Assembly (NCBI GenBank): GCA_030615765.1
Contig: JAUWYP010000002.1
Location: 82,480-146,479 of the forward strand
Source: Dehalococcoidia bacterium
GTDB lineage: Bacteria > Chloroflexota > Dehalococcoidia > SM23-28-2
DNA length: 64,000 nucleotides
Direction of reading: 5' to 3'
Positions 54,444 to 62,903 of the stretch are shown here, one piece after another (position 1 is the first letter of the stretch; each line of letters opens with the position of its first letter). The notes beneath the pieces were generated by a model. It searched no databases and was not told where the DNA came from. It was given only the letters and a program-made list of their open reading frames with translations. The position numbers and the translations under genes were made by a program.

Positions 54444-55682
54444 CTACTCCTCGCAGGCTCTGAAAACGGCCACCGAGTTCTGTCCGCCAAAACCGAAGCC
54501 GTTGGCCATAGCCGCCCGCACCGGCGCCCGGCGGGCCACGTTGGGCACGTAGTCCAGGTCGCACTGGGGGTCCGGCGTCTCCAGATTGATGGTCGGTGGG
54601 ATGATGCCATCGCGGATGGCCAGCACGCAGGCGATGGACGAAATGGCCCCCGCGGCGCCCATCAGGTGCCCCACCATGGACTTGGGCGAACTGATCGGCA
54701 CCCTGTAGGCGTGCTCCCCGAACACCTTCTTGATACTCAGGGTCTCCGAAACGTCGTTGAGGGGTGTGCCCGTGCCGTGGGCGCAGATGTAGTCGATGTC
54801 TTCAGGGCCCAGGCCAGCCGACTTGAGAGCGCGGCTCATAGCCAGAGTTGCCCCATAGCCGTTGGGATCGGGCATGGTTACGTGATAGGCGTCGGCAGTC
54901 AGGCTCCCCCCCAATACCTCCGCGTAGATCGGCGCACCCCGCCGCCTGGCATCCTCGTACCGCTCCAGGATCATCACCCCCCCTCCCTCGCCGGCAACGA
55001 AGCCATCGCGGTGGAGATCGAAGGGGCGGCAGGCCTTCTCGGGCTCGCCGTTGCGGGTGGACAGAGCTCTCATGTTGCAGAGGGCAGCGAAGACCACGGG
55101 AATGAGGGCCGACTCCGAACTGCCAGCGATTACCGCCGTCGCCTCGCCCAGGTCGATGAGGCGCTTAGCCTCCACGAGCGCATAGATGCCACTGGCGCAG
55201 GCCTCGATAGACGTAATGACCGGCCCGCGGATGCCCCATAACATCGATACCTGACAGGAGGCCATGTTGGGGATCAGGGCGGGTATCAGCAGGGGGCTCA
55301 CGCGCTTGGGCCCCTTGGTGAGGAAGACCCTTTCTCCCTCTGTCACGTCGGGCATGCCACCGCCGCCGGTGTTCATCACCACACCCACCGAGTCACGGTT
55401 GTGCTCGTCGATGGTGAGGCCGGCGTCGGCGATGGCCATCTTGGTGGCGGCCACGGCGAACTGGGCGAAGCGTGAGGTGCGGCGAGCAGCCTTAGCGTCC
55501 ATATACTGAGCAGGCTCGAAGCCCTTCACCTCGCCGGCGATGCGACAGGCGAAGGGGCTGGCGTCGAAGGCAGTGACCGGCGCCACGCCAGAGACGCCGT
55601 GGGTCAGGTTGTGCCAGAACTCCTCCACCGTAAGCCCATTGGGGCTTATCACTCCGATGCCAGTGACCACTACTCGGCTCAC
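54444..55682 (-). CDS. fabF: beta-ketoacyl-ACP synthase II
   Basis: RVVVTGIG, active-site ACASG, HGTGTP and GHLMGAAG. The GTG start overlaps the upstream stop (GTGA). Confidence 0.9.
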   Translation of the reverse strand: MSRVVVTGIGVISPNGLTVEEFWHNLTHGVSGVAPVTAFDASPFACRIAGEVKGFEPAQYMDAKAARRTSRFAQFAVAATKMAIADAGLTIDEHNRDSVGVVMNTGGGGMPDVTEGERVFLTKGPKRVSPLLIPALIPNMASCQVSMLWGIRGPVITSIEACASGIYALVEAKRLIDLGEATAVIAGSSESALIPVVFAALCNMRALSTRNGEPEKACRPFDLHRDGFVAGEGGGVMILERYEDARRRGAPIYAEVLGGSLTADAYHVTMPDPNGYGATLAMSRALKSAGLGPEDIDYICAHGTGTPLNDVSETLSIKKVFGEHAYRVPISSPKSMVGHLMGAAGAISSIACVLAIRDGIIPPTINLETPDPQCDLDYVPNVARRAPVRAAMANGFGFGGQNSVAVFRACEE

Positions 55683-56104
55683 AGCTTCACCTCCGCTTGA
55701 CCAGCAACAAGAACCTCGCCCTGCTGGTTCAGACACTGGACGTCACACCATAGGCGGCGTCGCTCCTGCCCCTCTTGCACTCGCTGGACATGGCCGCCGA
55801 CAGTGACCGTCTCCTCCGACCGGGCTGCCCCCTTGAAGCGTATCTTCAGCCGCCCGCCAGCGAGCCAGGCTCGGCCGAAGGCGGCTGTCAGCATCTCCGA
55901 CAGGTAGGCCAGCAGAAGCATGCCGTGAGCGATAGTCCCACCGAAGGGAGTCTGGGCGGCAAAGGCTGGGTCCACATGGATGGGGTTGAAGTCGCCGCTG
56001 GCCCGAGCGTAGCGGTCGATCTTCTCCTGGCTAAGCGTCTTAGCCAGGGAAGGCAACTCTGCCCCCACCACCCAGCGCTCCTTGCCTATTGCTTCCTGGC
56101 TCAC
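55679..56104 (-). CDS. MaoC-like (R-specific) dehydratase, hotdog fold
   Basis: YARASGDFNPIHVD....A..TPFGGTIAHGM. The GTG start overlaps the upstream TGA (GTGA at 56101-56104). Confidence 0.8.
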   Translation of the reverse strand: MSQEAIGKERWVVGAELPSLAKTLSQEKIDRYARASGDFNPIHVDPAFAAQTPFGGTIAHGMLLLAYLSEMLTAAFGRAWLAGGRLKIRFKGAARSEETVTVGGHVQRVQEGQERRRLWCDVQCLNQQGEVLVAGQAEVKL

Positions 56105-56508
56105 CGTGGCACCATCACCGTCAACCGACCCGCCAACACCGCCTGGCCGGACTCGTCCGCGCCCTCTATCTCGACGACCAGGACCCACCACCCGCCTCGC
56201 TGCGAACGATGGCCCAGCCGGGCACGGCAGGCGATCCGCTCGCCCACCTCCACCGGCCGCAGGAACTCGAACTCCTGCGAGGCGTGAATAGCGCCCGCCG
56301 GCAGCACCGTCTCCTCCATCAGCGACCGCAGGGCCAGAGCAGCCACCGCCATGGGTGGTACCCAGGCCTTCCCTTCCGCCTGGGCCAGGCGGGGCAGCGC
56401 TTCGTCCTCCACCGCCTCCACGTAGCCGGCCACAGCCACGTCGTCCAGAACGAAGGACACAGCTGAAAACTGCTCGCCCTTCTCCAGCGCTTCGATGGCC
56501 TTGTTCAC
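56101..56508 (-). CDS. MaoC-N / HadA-like hotdog-fold partner subunit
   Basis: 135-aa hotdog-sized protein directly coupled to the MaoC gene. It resembles the non-catalytic partner of heterodimeric dehydratases. Confidence 0.65.
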   Translation of the reverse strand: MNKAIEALEKGEQFSAVSFVLDDVAVAGYVEAVEDEALPRLAQAEGKAWVPPMAVAALALRSLMEETVLPAGAIHASQEFEFLRPVEVGERIACRARLGHRSQRGGWWVLVVEIEGADESGQAVLAGRLTVMVPR

Positions 56509-56908
56509 ACTCTAGGTTCCTCTTCCGCTTGACGCAAGGCTCCCGATATGAATCGCACAAAAAGGGCAAACTGTCAATGGCATAGCGCGCCTTATCCTAT
56601 TTTCCCTTCGCGCCTGCCACGAAGCAACTGATATCGATGATCCGCCGCTCGTGGGTGCCCTCGCCTATCTTCACTCCACCCTCGCTGTGCACCTCCACGG
56701 CAAACACACAGCGGCCATTCACCTGCCGATTCCGCCTTAGTATAAGGCATGGCCAGCCGCCAGTCACAGCATCGGCGCTAGGGCAAACGCCCTCCTCCCC
56801 TGGGTATTGCATGCCGCCTGGTGGTATAATTTGCTCAGCATTTTCGAATTGTTCCCATAGAAGCGGCCAATAGGTCTGCTGGCGTCAAGCACGTTTGGGG
56901 GCAGGACT

Positions 56909-57823
56909 GTGGACTTCGGACAGTTGGAAGCTTTCGTTCAGGTGGCGGCCCGCCACAGCTTCAGCCGCGCGGCCGAGGCGCTTCAGCTCACCCAGCCCTC
57001 TATCACCGCTCGCATTCAGTCCCTGGAGCGAGTCCTGGGGGAGGAGCTGTTCGAGCGCAGCGGTCGCGGCGTCCGCCTGACCGACGCCGGCACCATCTTC
57101 CTTCCCTACGCCGAACGCATGCTCCAGATGCTCCGGGAAGCTAAGGAAGGCGTAGAGGAGGTGCGCGGCGTCCAGGCGGGCAGACTGCGCCTGGGCTCGG
57201 CCCTTACCATCAGCACCTACGTCCTGCCTCGCATCCTGCGCACCTTCCACTCCCGCTACCCCGGCGTGGAGGTGATAGTGCACACCGGCCGGTCGGAGCA
57301 GGTGCTGAATATGCTGCTCGGCGACGAGGTGCAGGTGGGGCTGGTGCGCTCTCTCATGCACCCCGATGTGGAGACCGTCGACCTCTACGACGACGAGGTG
57401 ATCCTGGTGGCCAACCCCGATCACCCCTTCGCCGCCAGCCGTCAGGCCACCATCGAGGAGGTGGGCAGCCAGCCGGTCATCCTCGCCGACCGCGGCTCCA
57501 GCTACTACGGCCTCATCCACGACTTGTTCCGCCAGGCGGGGGTTGTGCCCAACGTGGCCATGGAGATGGACAGCATGGAGGCCACCAAGCGCATGGTGGA
57601 GGAGGGGATAGGGATTGCCCTCCTGCCCAGGGTATGCCTGGAGCGTGAGTTGAAGCAGGGCCTCCTGGCAGAGGTGGCCATCTCCAACGCGCCGGCCATC
57701 AGCCGTCAGATCGCCTTCGTCTACCGCAAGAGCCGCAAACAGGGCCGCACCGTCCAGGCCTTCCTAGAGGTCCTCCGCTCCATCTACGGGCTGGAGCTAC
57801 CCGCCGCCTCAACGAGCGGATAG
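56909..57823 (+). CDS. LysR-family transcriptional regulator
   Basis: HTH FSRAAEALQLTQPSITARIQSLE plus a LysR substrate-binding domain. GTG start. An extended -10 (TGGTATAAT) lies at about 56823-56831. Confidence 0.9.
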   Translation: MDFGQLEAFVQVAARHSFSRAAEALQLTQPSITARIQSLERVLGEELFERSGRGVRLTDAGTIFLPYAERMLQMLREAKEGVEEVRGVQAGRLRLGSALTISTYVLPRILRTFHSRYPGVEVIVHTGRSEQVLNMLLGDEVQVGLVRSLMHPDVETVDLYDDEVILVANPDHPFAASRQATIEEVGSQPVILADRGSSYYGLIHDLFRQAGVVPNVAMEMDSMEATKRMVEEGIGIALLPRVCLERELKQGLLAEVAISNAPAISRQIAFVYRKSRKQGRTVQAFLEVLRSIYGLELPAASTSG

Positions 57824-57831
57824 GAGGCCTG

Positions 57832-58701
57832 CTAACTCACCGCCGCCGCTATCGCCTTGAGGCGATCCACGTTCTCCTTGTCCGGCCCCTCGGGCTTCTT
57901 GCCCTCCGTGGGGAAGCCGGGCACCTCCAGCAGGAAGGGCAGATCGCAGAAGGCGGGGTGGGCCATGATCACCTCGAACCCCGCGCGGCCGATGTGGCCC
58001 TCGCCGACGTTCTCGTGGCGGTCGACGCCACCCCCCAGGGGACACTTGGAGTCGTTGGCATGGATAGCCACCAGATGGGCCAGCCCCACCTCACGCTCGA
58101 ATTCGTCCACGGTCGCCGCCAGCCCGTCCGCCGTCGCCACGTCATAGCCGGCGGAGAAGGCATGCTGGGTGTCGAAGCAGACCTTCAGGCGCGGGCTGGC
58201 CACCTCCTTCATGATCGCCGCCAGCTCGCCGAGCTTGCGCCCAACGCTGTCGCCCATGCCGGCGCTGTTCTCCAGAATGAGCCAGGTATCTTCAGGCGTC
58301 TCGGCCAGCACGCGGCGAACCGAATCCACGATCTGGCCGAACACATTTTCATATTCATAGCCCACCCCCCGATGGCTGCCGATGTGGAAGATGACCCCCT
58401 TGGCTCCAATAGCCGAACTGAGCACCATATCGGCGATGAGGGCGTCCTGGGACTTGACCAGATTCTCGGGATTGCTGGTGGCCAGGTTCACCAGGTAGAC
58501 GCCGTGGATGAAGATTGGCCAGATGTCGGCCGCCGCTGCCTGCGCTCGAAAGGCTTCGGCCTCCTGCGAAGAATAGGCCCTTCTCCGCCAGGTCTGAGGA
58601 GGGGCCCCGAAGATCTGGATGGTCTCCGCCCCCATGGCCTGGGCCCGCTCGATGCCCTTCTCCAGCCCCCCGGCTGTGGAAACGTGAGCGCCGATCCTCA
58701 T
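57832..58701 (-). CDS. nfo: deoxyribonuclease (endonuclease) IV
   Basis: MRIGAHVS..GG, and the metal ligands of the AP-endonuclease-2 TIM barrel (HGVYLVNL, HIGSH, ENSAG, CFDTQH, IHANDS). The start is at 58701 with GGGGGAGGGG upstream. Confidence 0.9.
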   Translation of the reverse strand: MRIGAHVSTAGGLEKGIERAQAMGAETIQIFGAPPQTWRRRAYSSQEAEAFRAQAAAADIWPIFIHGVYLVNLATSNPENLVKSQDALIADMVLSSAIGAKGVIFHIGSHRGVGYEYENVFGQIVDSVRRVLAETPEDTWLILENSAGMGDSVGRKLGELAAIMKEVASPRLKVCFDTQHAFSAGYDVATADGLAATVDEFEREVGLAHLVAIHANDSKCPLGGGVDRHENVGEGHIGRAGFEVIMAHPAFCDLPFLLEVPGFPTEGKKPEGPDKENVDRLKAIAAAVS

Positions 58702-58738
58702 CCTTTGCCCCTCCCCCACCTGATAGCAGGGCAGTCTC

Positions 58739-60202
58739 CTACGGATAGAACAGCCGCTGCGCTTCCTTCCTCAGATCGGCGCGAAAGTCCGGGTGGGCGA
58801 TGGCGATCAGTTCCTCGGCTCGCTGGCGGTGGTTCTTGCCCATGAGGCGAGCCACGCCATACTCGCTGATCACAATGTCGGCGAAGTAGCGGGGTATGGT
58901 GATAAGGGAGCCCTCTTCCTGCTGGGGAACGACGCGAGAGACGCTGCCACCCAGAGCCGTGGACGGCAAGAGCGTGATGGCCCGTCCACCCTTGGACAGC
59001 AGCGCCCCAATGTGAGTCTCCGGCTGACCACCGGTGCCGTTGATCATCCGCCCCCCAAACACGCTCTCGGAATTGATCTGGCCAGTAAGGTCCACTGACA
59101 GCGCGTTGTTTATGGCGTGGTAGTTGTCATTTTGAGCGACGACCCTGATGTCCAGCAGGTACTCGGGGTCATACAGCTCGAAGGCGGGGTTGTCTTCGAT
59201 GATCGCCAGGTCCTCACCGGTGGAGCCGGACCAGGCCACCGCCACCGCTTTCCCCTTATGAATGGTCTTGCGCTTGCCGTTGATGACTCCAGCCGCCACC
59301 AGCTTGGCCAGGTCCGGCGCCGCCATCTCCGTGTGCAGACCCAGGTCCACCTTGTTGTCGAAAGCGCCCGCCTTGACCATAAGCGCGCTCGGCTCGCCTA
59401 TCCCTATCTGGATGGTAGCGCCATCGGGCACCAACTCATTCAGGTAGCCGGCGATAGCCTTGACGAAGTCGGGAGGCTCCATGAGGCCCAGGTAGCGACG
59501 CAGGACGTCGGGCTCCACGAAGGCGATAAGGGGCCCTACGGGAGCCAAGCGGTTGAAGTCTCCTGCCAACTCAAGGATGCTCATCATGTCGGCCTGGCGC
59601 TCCGGCGGCAGGGGAGACAGCCACTCCTCCACCATCTCGCGAGTGACGGGGGTATCCGGCAGCTCCACGATGTGGTCCAGCTCCGAGACGTGAACGAAGC
59701 ACTTGCCGCACATCCTGGGCAGCAGGGGATCCACCTCGGCAATGACCGTCCTGGCCCGCCGCACGTAGCTGCCCTTGTTCCAGTAGTGAGGGCCAAAGGT
59801 GCAGTAGCCGCGCTCATCGGGAGGCGTGACGCCCACCAACAACACGTCTATCTCCCCTCCCTCCAGTCGCCCCTCGTCCAGGGCCTTGAAGCCGAGGGAG
59901 AAGGTGCTCGGCAGGTAGGTGCCGCGGCGGTCGTCGGTGACGTGGCGGGCGAAGTCGCCAATAAACACCTCGAACTCGATGTTGAACACGTCCTGCCAGC
60001 CCGGCTGGAGCCAGCCGGGGTCGACGGCGGGAGCGGCCAGCCGCAGCTCGATGCGGCCCAGTTCCTGGTGGCGGCGAGCGAGGGCGGCAGGCAGGATCCT
60101 GGGCGTGCCAAACGGCACCACCACCCTATCGCCTTCTCTCACCGCCTTCACCGCCTCGTCCTCTGACCCCAGCTTGCGCTGATACTCGTCGCGCCAGTCC
60201 AT
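58739..60202 (-). CDS. acetyl-CoA hydrolase/transferase-family protein (4-hydroxybutyrate CoA-transferase-like)
   Basis: N- and C-terminal CoA-transferase halves, with GGQ.ETH-like region GTGGQPETHIGA. Confidence 0.8.
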   Translation of the reverse strand: MDWRDEYQRKLGSEDEAVKAVREGDRVVVPFGTPRILPAALARRHQELGRIELRLAAPAVDPGWLQPGWQDVFNIEFEVFIGDFARHVTDDRRGTYLPSTFSLGFKALDEGRLEGGEIDVLLVGVTPPDERGYCTFGPHYWNKGSYVRRARTVIAEVDPLLPRMCGKCFVHVSELDHIVELPDTPVTREMVEEWLSPLPPERQADMMSILELAGDFNRLAPVGPLIAFVEPDVLRRYLGLMEPPDFVKAIAGYLNELVPDGATIQIGIGEPSALMVKAGAFDNKVDLGLHTEMAAPDLAKLVAAGVINGKRKTIHKGKAVAVAWSGSTGEDLAIIEDNPAFELYDPEYLLDIRVVAQNDNYHAINNALSVDLTGQINSESVFGGRMINGTGGQPETHIGALLSKGGRAITLLPSTALGGSVSRVVPQQEEGSLITIPRYFADIVISEYGVARLMGKNHRQRAEELIAIAHPDFRADLRKEAQRLFYP

Positions 60203-60316
60203 CCTAATCCTCCCGAGCAGTCCAAACTGCTACCGCTGACAGCGGCTCCTATTATATCCGCTAAGCGCGCTGTGCCAAGGCCCTCCTTCTAGACCCCCTA
60301 ACGAGGCCATTGTAGA

Positions 60317-60772
60317 ATGATGGTGTCCAGTCAAGCTTTCGGTACACAAACGGCCATGTCGGACAGGTTGCAGCAGGAGATCGAAGACATCCTCGGCAAG
60401 TACAAGAGGTTCCCCCTGAGAGAGCCCCTCTGGCGACGCATCCGCCGCAGGTTGTCCCGCTGGCTCAGCAGCGTGGGTCGGTGGTGGGCCTCCCATCTGC
60501 CGCGCATCACCGTAGGCCGCGTGATGCTGGTGGGCGTGGCCTTGATCATAGCGGCCTACTTTGGCTTCGGCGGCAAATCGATCACCCAGATGGTGCTGGT
60601 CGCCGGCCTAGTCCTCTTCGTGGCGGCGTTCATCTTCGCGCTACGCCGCCGCCCCCGTTACGTACAGAAACGTTGGCGCGGCCGGACGATAGAACTCGAT
60701 GAGCCGGGTCTGGGCGCGCGCCTGCGCTCGTGGTGGGATCGCTGGCGCTCACGGGGGCGAACCCATCGCTAG
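60317..60772 (+). CDS. hypothetical membrane protein (Arg/Trp-rich with two TM segments)
   Basis: VMLVGVALIIAAYFGF and MVLVAGLVLFVAAFIFAL. No family recognised. An alternative start is the ATG at 60356. Confidence 0.5.
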   Translation: MMVSSQAFGTQTAMSDRLQQEIEDILGKYKRFPLREPLWRRIRRRLSRWLSSVGRWWASHLPRITVGRVMLVGVALIIAAYFGFGGKSITQMVLVAGLVLFVAAFIFALRRRPRYVQKRWRGRTIELDEPGLGARLRSWWDRWRSRGRTHR

Positions 60773-62114
60773 CCATTCCTTCTCCAACCCCTTGATCCCT
60801 CCCAGGTTCATTCCCCCTCTATCCTGTCTCACATTCCTCTGTGCCTTAATCCTTAGCTGCCTCGCCCTGACGGCCTGCCAAGGCACAAAGCCACCCGCCG
60901 AGCCCTCTCCGACTGTCAGCCCTACCGCCACCCTCAGCCCCACCGTCACCTCCTCCCCGTGGCCCGTCGCCTCCCAGGTCGACGGCGACCGGGCCTACCG
61001 TCATGTGCTGGTCCTGGCCGAGGACATCGGCTCACGCCCAGCGGGCAGCGGCGCCGAGCGCCAGGCGGCCCAATACATCTCCCAGCAGCTCATCACCTAC
61101 GGCTATCGGACACAGGTGCAGGAATTCACGTTTGAATATTATGTCGAGGAGGCCCCCTCCCTGGAGGTAGTGGAGCCCACACCTCTCTCGCTGAACCCCG
61201 CCGCCCTTCGCCTGAGCGCCGGTGGAGAGGTGACGGCGGAGGTGGTGCTGGCAGGCCTGGGGAGGCCGCACGATTTCCCGCCCGAGGGGTTGAAGAGCCG
61301 TATCGCCCTCATCGAAAGAGGAGAACTGTCCTTTTCGGACAAGGTGACCAACGCCACTGCCGCCGGCGCAGCGGCGGTGGTTATCTACAACAACGTCGAG
61401 GGCCCCCTCCGCGGCGACCTCCAGGAGGAGAGCTCCATACCGGCGCTTTCTCTATCGCAAGCCGAGGGCCGCCAGCTACAGGCCATGCTGGAGGAGGGCC
61501 CCCTGACAGTGCACCTGTCCGCAAAGCTGGCCCAGGAGACCGGGATGTCCCAGAACGTCATCGGCCGCTCGCCCCAGGACGATTGCCGAGTCGTTGTGGG
61601 CGCCCACTACGACTCGGTGGCGGCGGGGCCGGGAGCCAACGACAACGCCTCGGGCAGCGCCACCCTCCTGGAGATAGCCCGCGTGCTCGAACTGGGAGGC
61701 CAGCAGGAAGGGGTGTGCTTTGTGGCCTTTGGCGCCGAGGAGCCAGGGCTGTTCGGCAGCCGCCACTTCGTCACTACCCTCACCTCCCAAGGCCAGCCCA
61801 GCCCGCAGGCGATGGTCAATCTGGACATGGTGGGAGTCGGCGCCGAGTGGCAGCTCATGGGCTCGCCCGCCCTGGTAGAGAAGATCGACCAAGGGGCGGC
61901 GGCGTTGGGGCTGGACCCGCTGCCGACCGAACCTCGCCTCAACACCGACCACCTCAGCTTCATGGCGGCAGACATCCCGGCCGTCCTCATTCATCGCTTC
62001 GAAGATCCCCGCTACCACACGGAATTCGACCGAGCCGAGTTCGTCGAGCCACAGCTCTTGGAGGAGGCAGCGAAGCTGACCCTCCTGGCGCTGGCCGCAC
62101 TGACAAGCCCCTGA
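60699..62114 (+). CDS. M28-family aminopeptidase with PA domain, probable lipoprotein
   Basis: Lipobox LALTAC, VVGAHYDSV, GANDNASGSA, and FGAEEPGLFGSRHF. The start is uncertain, and the TTG at 60792 would avoid the overlap with the upstream gene. Confidence 0.8.
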   Translation: MSRVWARACARGGIAGAHGGEPIASHSFSNPLIPPRFIPPLSCLTFLCALILSCLALTACQGTKPPAEPSPTVSPTATLSPTVTSSPWPVASQVDGDRAYRHVLVLAEDIGSRPAGSGAERQAAQYISQQLITYGYRTQVQEFTFEYYVEEAPSLEVVEPTPLSLNPAALRLSAGGEVTAEVVLAGLGRPHDFPPEGLKSRIALIERGELSFSDKVTNATAAGAAAVVIYNNVEGPLRGDLQEESSIPALSLSQAEGRQLQAMLEEGPLTVHLSAKLAQETGMSQNVIGRSPQDDCRVVVGAHYDSVAAGPGANDNASGSATLLEIARVLELGGQQEGVCFVAFGAEEPGLFGSRHFVTTLTSQGQPSPQAMVNLDMVGVGAEWQLMGSPALVEKIDQGAAALGLDPLPTEPRLNTDHLSFMAADIPAVLIHRFEDPRYHTEFDRAEFVEPQLLEEAAKLTLLALAALTSP

Positions 62115-62157
62115 GGCATATCGCAAATGATCTCTCAGGACTCCCCGGATCAACTGC

Positions 62158-62186
62158 TTGCCGCCGGCCAGCCGTTATTGTAATAT
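62158..62186 (+). promoter_or_regulatory. sigma-70-like promoter of the LysM gene
   Basis: TTGCCG, a 17-nt spacer, then TAATAT. Confidence 0.4.
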
Positions 62187-62231
62187 GCCTCTGAAACGCT
62201 TGGTCAGGCAGTGCCAGCGGGAGGAAGGACG

Positions 62232-62792
62232 ATGGTTTTTGGAAGGCTTCTTTTGCCAACGCTCTGCGTAGCCGTCATCGTCCTGGCGCTAGCTTGTGGC
62301 GAGGAGGAGGCGGGAGGCCCTGACAGCGCCCAGGGTCTCACCGACCCTAGCACCGTTGCCACGTCAACGCCCTGGGCAACGCCTCCACCTGTAGTCTACG
62401 TCGAGGGGGGCGTGGGCCCTGTGGGGCCAGGCGGCGGAACGTACACCGTTCAGGCAGGGGACACCCTCTACGACATCGCCCAGCACTTCGGGGTGAGCGT
62501 GGAAGAGCTCATGGAGGTCAACGACATCACCGATCCCACCAGCCTGTCCGTAGGGCAAAACCTGGTCATCCCCGGCCAGGGGCCAGAGGACGCCGCAACC
62601 CCAGAAGGCCAGCCTGCCACTGCCACACCCAGCGCCGAGGGGGTCTACATCGTTCAGGAAGGCGACTATCCGGGCTCTATCGCCGAGCAGTTTGGTATCA
62701 CGGCTGAAGAGTTGATGGAGGCCAACGGTATTACCGATCCCGCCAGCCTTATAGTGGGACAGGAGCTCATAATACCCACGCCCACGCCCTAG
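62232..62792 (+). CDS. LysM-domain lipoprotein (two LysM repeats)
   Basis: Lipobox LALAC. The LysM domains are YTVQAGDTLYDIAQHFGVSVEELMEVNDI and YIVQEGDYPGSIAEQFGITAEELMEANGI. GGGAGGAAGG RBS before the ATG at 62232. Confidence 0.85.
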   Translation: MVFGRLLLPTLCVAVIVLALACGEEEAGGPDSAQGLTDPSTVATSTPWATPPPVVYVEGGVGPVGPGGGTYTVQAGDTLYDIAQHFGVSVEELMEVNDITDPTSLSVGQNLVIPGQGPEDAATPEGQPATATPSAEGVYIVQEGDYPGSIAEQFGITAEELMEANGITDPASLIVGQELIIPTPTP

Positions 62793-62903
62793 GGTTGATG
62801 GAATACATAGGCAGTGCCAAGCCGAACCCTCTTGCGCTATATGGGGAGGCCTGCTAGCATCAAAAATCGCATAAAGATTGCGCATTTCTCCTGAGAACCA
62901 AAG

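Noticed and set aside
56105-56569. Upstream half of the 296-aa minus-strand ORF 55679-56569
   Set aside because: Its N-terminal half is a Gly/Arg-rich shadow of the real hotdog gene (56101-56508), which lies in another frame. The MaoC domain starts at the GTG at 56104, coupled to that gene's stop.
56597-56812. 71-aa minus-strand ORF (MQYPGEEGVCPSADAV...) upstream of the hotdog operon
   Set aside because: It has no convincing RBS and no recognisable family. The region also carries an extended -10 (TGGTATAAT) for the divergent LysR gene. I left it uncalled, although it may deserve a Ribo-seq check.
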